NCBI RefSeq assembly: GCF_000150275.1
Contig: NW_002060943.1
Location: 12,719,694-12,783,693, forward strand
From: Trichoplax adhaerens
Taxonomy: Eukaryota > Animalia > Placozoa
Direction of reading: 5' to 3'
DNA length: 64,000 bases
The notes under the pieces are model-generated. The model saw only the letters and a program-made list of their open reading frames with translations. It searched no databases and had not been told where the DNA came from. How positions within the stretch are numbered: position 1 is the first letter of the stretch; the number at the start of each line of letters is the position of its first letter. A program made the translations under genes and the position numbers. Positions 26,868 through 39,088 of the stretch are shown in pieces.

Positions 26868-28398
26868 TGTAACCATCTAGATTAATTCTGTTAAAATCGG
26901 AATTTTATCTATCCTCTCTGATGTATCCAATTAAATTATCCAAAATCTTGCAAAGTGAATAATACCATATCTCATTTAAGCTTGCTATAGTATAAAAAAT
27001 CGTTAAACCTTCTTGTATGCATTTCTTACTCGAGAGTTTCATATTCAAGATACTCTCCGTTTAAAAGTAAGCAAAATGATCGTTTTCGAGAATAATTATT
27101 ACGATGCTATCGCACAGCAGAGAAGTTAGAGATGTTTAGTGTTGTAGCCTTATTTAGGTTATATTCTTCTACTTAATATTGTAAATTAATAACATCCAAC
27201 AGCTTTTTCGAGTACTATAAATTAGAAAGGTATCGACTACGTGTGATGTCGAATCAAGCACTGCAAATGTAAAACGTAGAAATTATAGTTCATGAAAATG
27301 AGTGCAGTATATAGAGTACAAATTCTAGGTGAATAAATCTACTGTTAATGGTATTCAGAACATATACAGAATGACATAGAGTATAGTAGAGTCCTGTAAA
27401 ATTCCAAACTTCTTATTCCAACTTAAATTTGTAATCTTTAATCAATGCTTTATATGCTCTTTTGCAGTATTATAGACTTAAGCTTTCATGTTAATGTACA
27501 TAAGGATAGCTTACATACTTGTATAATAACCGAATTTTCAGAAAAGTAGGAGTAGCAAAGCATTAATAGAATGATATATATAAGCTACTGTAAGTCAATT
27601 TTCAACATCAAGTATCATCATTCAATTTTCATGCTCATCTTATTTATTAACTTAAATCACAATTGCCCAATGAATAAATATTGATGAAAGTTGAAAACTT
27701 TGAAACTTCATAAATGGTTACTAATGAGAAATTTTGGATGGTATATTATAACTTCGTAGCATTCGACTCCTATACCGTCTAGATTTAATAAGTTTGGTAA
27801 AATTAATAGTTTTATAGTCTTTTACATGTTTGCCCATGGAGCTTGAAATTCTTTATCATAAATTTTACGCATATTAGAATTGGATAAGAATTCAGCCAAA
27901 ATTGCAGTGAGATTAAATTATCGTAATTTAGTATCTCGAAACAGGTGCAGACTTTTCGGTAACAGATTATTTAATTTACAATGCCTAGTTATCTTAAAAC
28001 ATAAATTTAACTTTTGCAAGTAAAGTCTGCTTTAGATTTAAGTGCAATCCTTTATGCAATAAACTACTTAAGATGTTCAATTCTTTAAGCTAATCTGTTG
28101 TAACTATGTATCTGGACATTAAACGCCTATGTTAATAAATTATAATTAATAGACACTTCTATTAAGCTATCATAAATCAACGTAATAACAAGTTGTACCT
28201 ATAATTCTAAGGTTGTAACTGCAAGTTAATGTCAAAATACTTTAGATTGTGTGCACTTTGAGTGTTGCATGTTATTATATCATTTTTATACCTATATTTT
28301 AAATTATTTTTATATTTATATCAAAAAATATAATTGCTATGTTTTTAGTAATTTTATTGACTGTATACTGAAAGCGCATTAAACCTTTAAATCGTTGC

Positions 28399-28739
28399 TT
28401 ATGGTGATTTTGTTAGACACATTGCTTTCTTTAGCAACTTTTTCCCAAATTTTCGTACCGTATTAACTGAATGATTTTCAAGTAACAGGCAAAATTTTCG
28501 AAAATCACTATTGTCACGCTTGTCTCGTAATATGCTTGAAAGCTCCGCTGCTTTATCTTCTTTATGAATCATGTTTTTAATATCAGTAACCTCTCTGGAA
28601 CTCAAAATACCCTTTGATTTTAACGGCTCTACTAATTCATCTACAGGAACTATCCGAATAAAGTCCTTGTTATATGTATCTAGGGCTTTTTGTACTTGTA
28701 ATTTCGATATCGATTCACATTCCTCTTCTTCGGATGATC
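28399..28739 (-). CDS. CARD-domain terminal exon
   Basis: ORF 28399-28758 with acceptor GCGTAG at 28740-28745. Joins in frame to donor G|GTGAG at 29749. Six-helix CARD-like pattern. Confidence 0.75.
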
Positions 28740-31700
28740 CTACGCAACATAACGCCAAAGTAATAAAGAATTAGTATTATTAATGCTATTATGATCGTAA
28801 TTTAAGCTAGGATTAAAGTCATGATCGCGTTAAAATCTTTCAAATTCATTTTTGAGATTTCAATTACGTAAATTATTTCGTTTATAAACAGATAACAGAA
28901 TTCAAATAATGTATCGCTATTAAGGGAAGTACCTTTAATTTGCGATTATAGACAGTTGGAATTTAACACAAATTAGTAAATTGTCTACAATACAAGTTTC
29001 AATGGCAGTTTGTCACAAATGCATTAAACTTGAGGGATTAATCGTAGTAGGTTTTCTTTTTTGGAGGTCTGAATTTTTAGTCTGAGTAAATTGTTGGAGA
29101 ATTTTAGACTAGATCACTATAGAAAAATTTTTTCGCTGTATTGTAGGAAGAAAGGTCAACTATTGCCAAGTAGCCAATTAATATTTATTCTTATGTCAGA
29201 ATTTCATTGATAAACATTGACATTGCAGGCTATAGCAATCGTGAGTTTTATTTTATAATGATTCAACCTCATTCAACCTTATGCATCAATGCATCAACTA
29301 TGAAATTTAGAAAGCTGATGTTTGAATGAACGTCTACAGATTTATTCATAGTAATCCCTGCTTTATTCTCTTTTAAAATTGTCAAGAGCATATCAAGTAA
29401 CTAATCATACGCTTAAATCGTTTAAAATTATTTCATTAGGAATTTTACAAGCATCAAGGCACACTGCTTATTCTATTTTCCAAGCTGTTTTCTGTACCGC
29501 ATAATGCATGTGTAAATTAAGAACATTTAAGATCTAGTAGTCAGAGACTACTTGACTGATCAAAAAACTTTTATATTTATATTCTTCGTTACAAAGTACA
29601 GGAGTTTTCACCATAGAAGCAGTTAGAAAAGCTTATTCGTGTAATAGATGAAGCCTAACTGTAAATAAATTCAGCTACCTGTACATTTCGGTATTACGGG
29701 CTTTTATAAAAATAATATTTTTTATTACTTTATAGGAATATTCCTCACCAGTTTCACTAGCTATTCTTTCATTTCCATTCATCATCCAATCACATACCGC
29801 TTTCGATTTAAAAAACTTTCTACATTTCTCTTGGTCACATCGAATATAATCTGGACTCGGCATCGATGGAATATCGACCTTTTCTACTATTTCACTGCAA
29901 TAAGAGCATTTGACGTAAAATCTACTTTTAGCTCTCTTAAATTTTGGCATTCGTTCATGAATAATCTGGTCCAATTGATCCTGGACTTCGAAGAGTAGTC
30001 GTGCTTCACTAATCCAATTAAAGATATTCTTCTTAATATGTGCTGCTGCGTCGGGCGGATCTTTCTGATAGCAATAGATTAAGCCAATGTAAGATTCTTC
30101 TTTCTTAAGAATAATCTGATATGGATATTTTGGCATGACGTATATTGCACATCGATAACTAGTTTCTACTTGTGTAACATTCCAAAGTTTTAAACAGGCT
30201 GATAAATGGCAATAAAATATGCCATCAGGAATATAGGGCATAATATCTTTATTGTATCCAATGTAAAGCCAATCTGATGTACAGTAATCATTTAAATCTA
30301 GATCATCAGTAAGTGGATCGAGTAAATAAGGTACAAAATATTGTTGAGGACATTTTTTAATATCCTGGCCACTAGATTCGTCCTCGATTTTACAGATAAT
30401 GTTATAACTGTCCATTAACTGTATTAAAAATTCTTTCTCAATCTCTTTCAACTCAAATTCGGTCGCCACACTATTAATGCATACTTCAGACATTTTGCCA
30501 GTTCGATGAGCTTGATTGTAACATTCTATTACATTAGCATTAGTAAATTCGTGATCATCAAGCTTAATAATTGATCGAAATATACGGAGTAGCCAATCAA
30601 GATTAGTTACAACCATTTCTTTTACGCCTTTCTTCTGACAAAAGACAATATCACCTATATCATGTAAATATAATAGCATACTGCGTAATTTCTTGTCGCT
30701 TTCATATAATTCGCAATCTTTGGCTAATTGTTTCACCTCTTCAAATGTCATAATATTATGAATTCTATTTATTGTGTTACTGAATTCTGTTTGTGATGCA
30801 GCTAGTCTGCTTGCATCATCGGCTGAAGTATGTAATATCGATGCCATGAGATACCATCGAATTGGAATTTTTTCTTTCATAAACGGTAAACTAAGGGCGA
30901 ATTGCTTTATTAACTCATGTAATTGTAATGTAGTCTGTTTACGCTGTTCAATAGCCGCTTGGGAATCATCGTTGGAATCATATTGGAAGATAATGCCAGA
31001 ACAGCACAGGTTGGATTTGTATGCAGATAATGTCTGAATAATAGAATCCCTAAATGCCTTAAATCTACTCTCGCGTTCTTTATCGTCTTTAATTTTATCA
31101 CCATGTGATGCTATCAAGATAACAACTGGTAAACAATACTCTTCCTTTTTACCATTAATTTCTACTTCAATAGTCTCATCGCCATCATGGCTGCCTATGG
31201 TTGATGTAAGCCATTCCTGCATAGCATGTCTATAAGTCATATTAGTCTTCTTTCCTTGCCTGTCAATAACATAATCATCGAATTTATGGGTAATATTAAA
31301 AACTAAAATATATATACTGTTTCCTGATAGAAATGGACGATGTGTAACATGATAAACAGCTTGACCTCCAAAATCGACTAATTTACCATATTGACTGTCA
31401 TCGCTTTGTACCTTGCCTTTTAAATCAGTAACAGATCGCATGAAATCTTCGTAAATTAAAATTTTGTGAAACTTTGTCTTTGTAGATACCGTAGATAAAG
31501 CAGTGTCGGTAGAATCATCTACGTTTATTGCACTATTAGTTTTGACGGTATTTGACAATGTATTTGTATTCGTCGTCAGTAATTGACGATCTATGTGCCT
31601 ATCTTGGATATTTTGACTTGCGTCAGGTGGAGATTTCAACGTCTTTTTGAATTTCTCTATCGCCGCTAACACTTTCCCATATAATACTAACCGTAAATTA

Positions 31701-33151
31701 TCAATTTTCTTGTCTAAAATATTATATGTAATAAAATTGATATATCTGCCAGTGTTATCCATGATCTGAGTTTGTGTTATGCCAATAGTGACTTCCTGAT
31801 TTGTAAAGATGTTCATAATGGTCGTTTTACCCACATTTTCTGGACCGCTAAAGACAATTTTAGTGAAATCATTGCGACATTCCCCATATTGTAGAGCTTC
31901 ATTATATTCATCTCGATATTCTTTTTTATTGATGTCTAAATGAACATGAATTAAACTTATTATTTACTTCATCTAAGGATAGCTGTTAATGTATATTAAT
32001 ACGTAGCCAATCTCTATAACAGGTAAATATATATACTCTATAAATGAAATTAAAGTTTGACTTTATAGCAAAATTATTTATGAATAAGAATAAATCTATT
32101 CAATAAGAAATATAAATTTTGATATTTATCAAAGTAAGTCTGAAATGGATTATTCATCAAGATTGATTGTCGTATCATCAATTTTTAGCAACATAAAGTA
32201 GTTATTTGAAGCTTTTACAGTTTAAGTAGCGTTATTCTAGGGTACATATAAAATTAGTGCAATTACGAAGGCATAAATGAGATCGACAATTTCATCGCAA
32301 TACTTGAGATAAAAATGAGAATAATAATCAGTAATAACAGTTGATAGACAAGCATAAATACTTCTTTACCTTCTGAAGGTAGAGAACTTTCATTTCTTCT
32401 ATCTATATTTGAGACGTTGAAGCTACCTTCTATTTATCAATTAATGAGCCAATACAAAATACCACAATTTAGACTTTTATCCACGAATTATAATTAACTA
32501 AAGCAACGAAATTACCTTGCAAAATTTTCATAGCATAATTCGATAATAATGGATCAGATTGAGCTTCTAGTAACAAATCGTTAAGAGTCTCTACGATTTT
32601 ATTTTGTTTTTGATGACGTAGAGTTGCTCTTAATACTATCAAATGATCTTGTGACGGATTTTTCTTATGCCAAAGACGTAGCATCTTATTAGCTAAAGCC
32701 GATCTATTACTTACATGATGATCTAGTTGTTGGATACTTATATATTGAATATCGTCATCACAAATATTTAAATTTCTTGCTATCTGCATCCATTCATCTC
32801 CAATTTCATTCGCAATAGTGGAAAAGCACTTTTCTACAGTGCAATGTAAAATACCATAAGGTTAAATGTGGCTGTTTTAAGGATACTTATTACTCAGAGA
32901 CTGTGTTTCCGTTAATCATTATTTAATTCTCATACTCTATTGGCTATAATGATTGTTTTATAATAGTAATGACTATACAATAAATTTGAATCATTCTTCT
33001 ATACATAAACGTTAATTATATTAGCAAGGAAAGTTTCCTCCTTATAACTAACCATTGAAATCATCTATTGCCGTTTGTTCTTCATTTCTAGACTGGTTGA
33101 TCGATTTATCTTCAGGTTTCTCGCTTTGTTGGCCAAGCTCTACAGTAGAAT
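28399..33151 (-). CDS. ROCO-family GTPase: Death domain - Roc - COR - Cys cluster - CARD (5' end unresolved)
   Basis: Phase-1 exon chain: 33151-33053; 32833-32516 (DD: IANEIGDEWMQIARNLNICDDDIQYI...ANKMLRLW); 32429-32370; 31935-29749 (P-loop GPENVGKT, G3 DFGGQAVYHVTHRPFLS, G4 ILIASHGDK, COR LLYLHDIGDIVF/VVTNLDWL); 28739-28399 (CARD-like: LVEPLKSKGILSSREVTDIK...EDKAAELSSIL...FRKFCLLL). Confidence 0.82.
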
Positions 33152-33605
33152 CTACAGCAGCATCAGTGTTAAAAACAATTTTTGTTGAAAGTTATGATTT
33201 CAAGTAACAAAATATCTGTATGTTTATTTTATGTTTATTGACTCGAGCATTTTAATAACGACTACCGTAATTTCTTCAAAATAATTTCATCGAACTATAT
33301 CTACTCTAACATACTGTTCGCATATGAATTGACATGAAGGTCCATGTACATGTATATTATTTTAAAATTTATTTTCTATCGAAGGTGACATTGAAAATTG
33401 AAGTTTATTTTAGTGACAATTATCGGAGAATAAATAGAACTATCTAGTTACACGTCTAATATTGTAGTAATGATTTGTTCAGAAATTGCTTAACCTTTGA
33501 GAAGTAATTTTTATCAAGTGTTGTTGTTGCTGTTTACTAATTGCTAGCAAGTATCGGTAAAGAACAATTAAGTCATAGTTATCGAAATTAGCATAATATG
33601 AAGAT

Positions 33606-35657
33606 GTAGTGCAGCCCCAAATATAGCTTGGATTGTGATTGGAAGACTGTACGAAAGTAGTGGTACTCGTAGGTTAGATTGTATGATTTTGAAGATATCT
33701 ATTTGTAGAAGAGGTTCACAATGCGTATCGTCTAGATATTATTGAGATGTTCATGTTAAGATTGCATGATAATAATAGAGGTAGCACTAATTATGTTAGT
33801 ACTGTGAGAATTGCATTGTGATGCTTTAATTAGACGCGTGAATGACGAATAGCTCGCGCGATATAAACTGTATCTATNNNNNNNNNNNNNNNNNNNNNNN
33901 NNNNNNNNNNNNNNNNNNNNNNNNNNNNNNNNNNNNNNNNNNNNNNNNNNNNNNNNNNNNNNNNNNNNNNNNNNNNNNNNNNNNNNNNNNNNNNNNNNNN
34001 NNNNNNNNNNNNNNNNNNNNNNNNNNNNNNNNNNNNNNNNNNNNNNNNNNNNNNNNNNNNNNNNNNNNNNNNNNTGCAATATAATTATGGGTATTTTAAG
34101 TTGCGTATTTTTATTAAGCAATAACAATCAGCAGTAAGCAATAACAACATATTCATTGAAGCTAATGATAAATAGCGACGAGTATAAACTGTCGATATAC
34201 TTCAACATTAATCTACTATATCGTACATTGCCTACCACCGACTTCCTTCATTATACTTGCTTAAAGAAACACTTACATAAAGCTAACACTAATTGCATAG
34301 CTGCTAGTGTCTTCAAATGGAAACTTATTTTCCATAATCGTATGGGAAGGGCAAAATTGAATTATCAAAGTATATGTATATGCTATACATAGATAGCATG
34401 CATATAGTATATAGCGTAAATATAGCATGAGCCCAATGACTTGACTCTGGTTAGGATTTATCATAATATCGTAATCACATATTCATGGAATTGCAAGTGT
34501 ATTTATCATTTATATTAACTGTATTATTGCGAAGAAGTAAAACTAATCATGGAAAATTAGTATTTTAGGCTAGAGAACATCAAAATGATGGCTTACAACG
34601 GTACTATCAGTTAAATAGAAGTAACGGTCTTTTAAAATGGGGATTAGTAATGCAATTACACTTACATAGAGCAGCCCCGAAATTTACGTAGGATTAAGTT
34701 GAAATTGTTATTGCTAGGCTGATACAGTTGACATTATAAAATTAGTAAGAAATCGTGCTGTTTGTTATAGTAGCTGCAAGATGCTATATCAGAACTTTAA
34801 TAAATTCTTTAAAAAATTCTTTTACCGGTATTGTAGAAAATCATTATTTTTTAATCATCTATCCAGCATAATAATAAATGAACGATCTTGCAGGAAAAGT
34901 CATTGCTGTTGGTAATATTAATTACCGTATATTTCAATCGAAATTGAGTACCGTATATTAATGTGATTCCTAATAATTCATTAATAGTTTATATCACTAC
35001 AGTATTTTACCAGTGATGTGAAATTTATATGTAAATTCTGCTTGCTTAAGAAGCTGCAAAGACCTGAAACTATGTGGAGGTTTTGGTGGAAGGAGGGAAA
35101 TAGCAAGGTTTGGTAACTTTGAACGTATGTGCTTGTAATTTTTCTTTGTTCTCTTTTAACCAAAATTGAGTAGATATTGGCAGATTATATAGATTAATTC
35201 AAACAGCAAATAAGCATAATCTTGGNNNNNNNNNNNNNNNNNNNNNNNNNNNNNNNNNNNNNNNNNNNNNNNNNNACTGAGTGTAATATGGCCCAAAATA
35301 GAATACTGCCTGAAGCTTATACGGTGTAAAATAGAGGTTTGCAGTTTGCAGATTATAAGTCCTGCACGGCCAGGCAATAACTTAAGATTTACGTACATTG
35401 CGTTATTCTGAACTCGCGGTTATGGGCAGTTTAGTGAATAGAGAAATAAAGCATTACTATACTTAACCGAAGATTACCAAGTTGTTGTGAGTCAGTAGGT
35501 CGAATATATCAGCTATCCGACAGTCGGAGTACCTTGTGAGTTAATCCCAGCTCCATCTCATCACGATATACCAAACTGTAACAATATTATAACTACTAGC
35601 ACGAATACTCATACCACCTTAGAATCAATGTTTAAGTTATATTGGGGCTGCACTACA
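33606..35657. repeat. Repeat-rich interval with two inverted copies of a TGTAGTGCAGCCCC terminus and two assembly gaps
   Basis: TGTAGTGCAGCCCCAA at 33606 and its reverse complement ending 35657. A related terminus (TGTATGCAGCCCCTAAGATAGCTTAGATTGTGAT) occurs near 56488. The flanks do not form a shared TSD. Confidence 0.5.
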
Positions 35658-35864
35658 CACTACTACTACAATAGGTTTGTCATTGAACGATTTTCGCGAT
35701 CTATTCGATCTTATTAGACTAATAGACCGACTTAGAATTGAACAGGGTTGAAACGCCTATACTTTAAGAAATACTTGGTGGACATGTTGTTTACCGACTG
35801 CAATACTTCAGTATGGTATCGTAGTGTGCTGTTAGTGCTGTAATTATAATGAAAAGCAGAATAC

Positions 35865-37724
35865 CTAAAGCAAATATCTAATCAAACACCTTACAAAGCG
35901 CTCAATGGTACCTGCTAACTCATCTTCCTCTTCTTGCTTCTCGTGTTTCTCTTCCTTTTCTTGCTTCTCTTTCTCTTCTAGCTCCTCTTGATGCCTTTTT
36001 TCCCCTTGCTCTTCTTGCTTCTCTTGCTTCTCTTGTTTCTTCTCTTGCTTTTCTCGCTTCTCTTGCTCCTCTAGCTCCTTTTGCTTCTCTTTTTCCTCTT
36101 GCTCCCTATTTTCCCCTTGCTTCTCTTGCTTCTCCTCATGCTCTTCTTGCTTCTCATGCTCCTCTTGTTTCTCCCCTTGCTTTTCTTGCTTCTCTTGTTC
36201 CTCTTGTTTCTCTTTGAGTGATTTCTCATTCGTAGAAATAGCTTCTTCACGCTTACCTTCAGCTTGATAGACATTTCTTAGATTGTTATATGACTTTGCG
36301 ACATCAGGATGGTTGTGACCCAAAACTGATAATAGAATGTTATAGGATTGCTCGTACATAGAAATAGCTTCTTCATGCTTGCCTTCAGCAAGATATACAT
36401 TTCCTAGACCGCTATACGACTTTGCCACATCAGGATGATTGCGACCCAAAACTGATAATCGAATCTTAAGGGATTGCTTATACATAGAAATAGCTTCTTT
36501 ATGCTTGCTTTGATTACTATAGACATGACCAATGTTGCTATATGTTATAGCAATACTTGGATGATTGTCGCCAAGTTGTGTTTGTGTAATCTTGAGTGAC
36601 TTGTTATACATTGATAGAGCGTCATCATACTTGCCTTGATCATCATAGACACTTGCAATGTTGTTATATGTTGTAGCAATACTTGGATGATTGTCGCCAA
36701 GTTGTGTCAGATTAATCTTGAGTGACTTGTTATACATTGATAGAGCGTCATCATACTTGTCTTGATCATCATAGACACGACCAATGTTGTTATATGTATT
36801 AGCAATACTTGGATGATTGTCGCCAAGTTGTGTCAGATTAATCTTGAGTGACTTGTTATACATTGATAGAGCGTCATCATACTTGCCTTGATCATCATAG
36901 ACACTTGCAATGTTGTTATATGTTGTAGCAATACTTGGATGATTGTCGCCAAGTTGTGTCAGATTAATCTTGAGTGACTTGTTATACATTGATAGAGCGT
37001 CATCATACTTGCCTTGATGATCATAGACATTTCCAATGTTGTCATATGTATTAGCAATACTTGGATGATTGTCGCCAAGTTGCGTCAGTTTAATCTTGAG
37101 TGACTTGTTATACATTGATAGAGCGTCATCATACTTGCCTTGATCATCATAGACTTGTCCAATGCTGTTATATAATACAGCAATACTTGGATCGTTATTT
37201 TCAAGAATTTTCAGTTTAATCTTTAATGATTTATTGTATTCCTTTAAAGCCTCGTCATGCTTGCCTTGATTCTGGTAGACCAAGCCAATGTTATGATAGG
37301 ACTTACTGACATCAAGATGTTCACTCCCTAACGATTTTAATTTTATTTGAAGTGATTTGTTGTAATCACTCAAAGCACCCATAAAATCACCTTGAAGTCG
37401 TTTACAGTCGCCCTGGATATCGAAACAATAAGAAATCTTGACCTCTTCTAGTTTCTTAGCTAACTTTTCTGCTTTTCCACTGTATTCATTGGCTTCTATC
37501 AATTGATATTTTTGCAGGTAAGATTGAGCCATAGCGAGATAAATAGAATATTCAAGTTGACGACGACTATCGCTACTCTCCGCTATCGATTTGATTCGAG
37601 CTACAGCTTTTTGAAAATAAAATAACGCGTCTTCATAATTGCCTTCGCCATGATATTTCACGCCCTTTTTGCGTATAGATTCAATCTCGTCAAATATCGC
37701 AGAATTGCTAGTCTGATTGGCCAT
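35865..37724 (-). CDS. Tetratricopeptide-repeat protein (42-aa KLC/NPHP3-type repeats) with E/K/Q-rich tail
   Basis: 619-aa ORF. About nine 42-aa units such as KSLKINLTQLGDNHPSIATTYNNIASVYDDQGKYDDALSMYN, preceded by divergent TPRs and followed by a low-complexity EKQ tract. Confidence 0.9.
   Translation of the reverse strand: MANQTSNSAIFDEIESIRKKGVKYHGEGNYEDALFYFQKAVARIKSIAESSDSRRQLEYSIYLAMAQSYLQKYQLIEANEYSGKAEKLAKKLEEVKISYCFDIQGDCKRLQGDFMGALSDYNKSLQIKLKSLGSEHLDVSKSYHNIGLVYQNQGKHDEALKEYNKSLKIKLKILENNDPSIAVLYNSIGQVYDDQGKYDDALSMYNKSLKIKLTQLGDNHPSIANTYDNIGNVYDHQGKYDDALSMYNKSLKINLTQLGDNHPSIATTYNNIASVYDDQGKYDDALSMYNKSLKINLTQLGDNHPSIANTYNNIGRVYDDQDKYDDALSMYNKSLKINLTQLGDNHPSIATTYNNIASVYDDQGKYDDALSMYNKSLKITQTQLGDNHPSIAITYSNIGHVYSNQSKHKEAISMYKQSLKIRLSVLGRNHPDVAKSYSGLGNVYLAEGKHEEAISMYEQSYNILLSVLGHNHPDVAKSYNNLRNVYQAEGKREEAISTNEKSLKEKQEEQEKQEKQGEKQEEHEKQEEHEEKQEKQGENREQEEKEKQKELEEQEKREKQEKKQEKQEKQEEQGEKRHQEELEEKEKQEKEEKHEKQEEEDELAGTIERFVRCLIRYLL
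35925..36215 (-). repeat. Coding low-complexity repeat (TTCTCTTGC-like units) encoding an EKQ-rich tract
   Basis: Pyrimidine-rich degenerate 9-12-bp repeats on the + strand; translation EKQEEQEKQEKQGEKQEEHEKQEE... Confidence 0.85.
36535..37190 (-). repeat. Near-identical 126-bp tandem repeats (core of the TPR array)
   Basis: About five copies of ...AGCAATACTTGGATGATTGTCGCCAAGTTG...GAGTGACTTGTTATACATTGATAGAGCGTCATCATACTTG... at 126-bp period. Confidence 0.92.
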
Positions 37725-38563
37725 ATTTTACTTTTCAACAACAATCAAAATATACAATTCGAGAAAAATAATCAATCACAATTTGTCTACTCGATAGGGT
37801 TAACAATTTTGATCGCTGTACAAATGAGTGATAAAATACGTAAAGAGCACACTATCATGGATGCTCGATGCTTTCAAATCAAGATCAGCATTACAAAGTC
37901 TATTTCAGTTAGGAACGTGCTCTAATTAGCCAAATTGGATACGCCTTTATTTGTTAGCGGTTTTCAATCATTCATCCATTATTCTCTTACAATTCATCAG
38001 GATGATGGGGATGAAATAAATTAAAGTGGGCAGGCTTTCTTGTCGATACTTCTTTCTATCCGTTTTTCTAATATGCCAACGTTAGTAATCTACGTCATGT
38101 AATGATACAATTGTAAGCTCACTTATTAGCATATCATTGGTATAAAATCAGTCAATCGGTCGCATTTTATAAATGTAAAATTATTTTCAATATAAATAAA
38201 TCATGACCATCACAATAGTACTATACCTATTCATAACAATATTGCATATATCATAACCTATAAACTGAGCAGCAGGTAGATATCATTTAGCACAGTTCTA
38301 CTCAAATTACTTTGGGTGCCTTCCTTTAATGATCACCCTCATCTTACAAAGATATCAACCATCAACATTCTCTCGATCAATTTTAAATCAAATTTATATT
38401 GGTATCCAACGGTTCGATTTATGATTTACTGCAAAGTATTTAATTACCATATGTTACAATTCTCCTTTGTAACTAGAAAACGGGTCTTAAACACTATCTT
38501 CACTAGTACTCGTGTTCCTAACGAACTTAGGGACCTATCATAGTTGAATTAACTCTCAACTAC

Positions 38564-39088
38564 TGTAGTGATGCACCCTAGATTTGCTTGTGTTGCGTAC
38601 TATATTTAGAATAGTTAAGTTTCTAAAAATAGATATTCTTGTGCTGCTAGATTTAGGTGACTGGTAACTACTATATTAGAAAGTGTTATTCACTAATATA
38701 GCTGTTAACTAATTATGGTACAGGACGTTATACGACTTGAAATACTAAGATTGTAAAGATGCCCAATACCTTACGGTGTTGGACATTAATGGTAAAGTAA
38801 TAATATTGTAGCAGTTTGATTAATACTGTAAAATGTAGTGATGATTCATGTCTGATTGTAGACGATGTTATTGCCTTAAATAGATTCAGAGAAAAGTATA
38901 TAAGGTGTACAAATCTGAGCGTAAAGGAGGAGAAAAGATTTGATATCTAATTGAGCTCAGATTACTTTAGACTAGATTCTTGTGAGTAATTAATTATTGC
39001 TGTACTATTCTTTAGAACCTTGTAATAAAAAGCTTTTATAGTACTGGATTCCTCTGTGGACTAAAATTACTGTGGAAACGATATTACA
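38564..39088 (+). mobile_element. Solo LTR, family B (uninterrupted copy, ~525 bp)
   Basis: TGTAGTG...TATTACA termini; perfect TSD ACTAC/ACTAC; internal TATATAA and AATAAA; homologous to 4785-4867 plus 5425-5840. Confidence 0.78.

Noticed and set aside
33756-35398. ORFs 33756-34127, 33842-34084 and 35156-35398
   Set aside because: They are open only because they span N-gaps.
35013-35410. Candidate linker exons between the TPR and ROCO genes
   Set aside because: Open stretches exist, but splice sites are ambiguous, a gap intervenes and part overlaps an LTR-like repeat; not supportable.
33606-35657. A single 2-kb DNA transposon defined by TGTAGTGCAGCCCCAA inverted ends
   Set aside because: No shared target-site duplication, no transposase, and gaps inside; better explained as separate repeat copies.
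36535-37190. CRISPR-like regular repeat array
   Set aside because: The 126-bp period is in-frame coding TPR sequence without unique spacers, in a eukaryotic intron-containing context.
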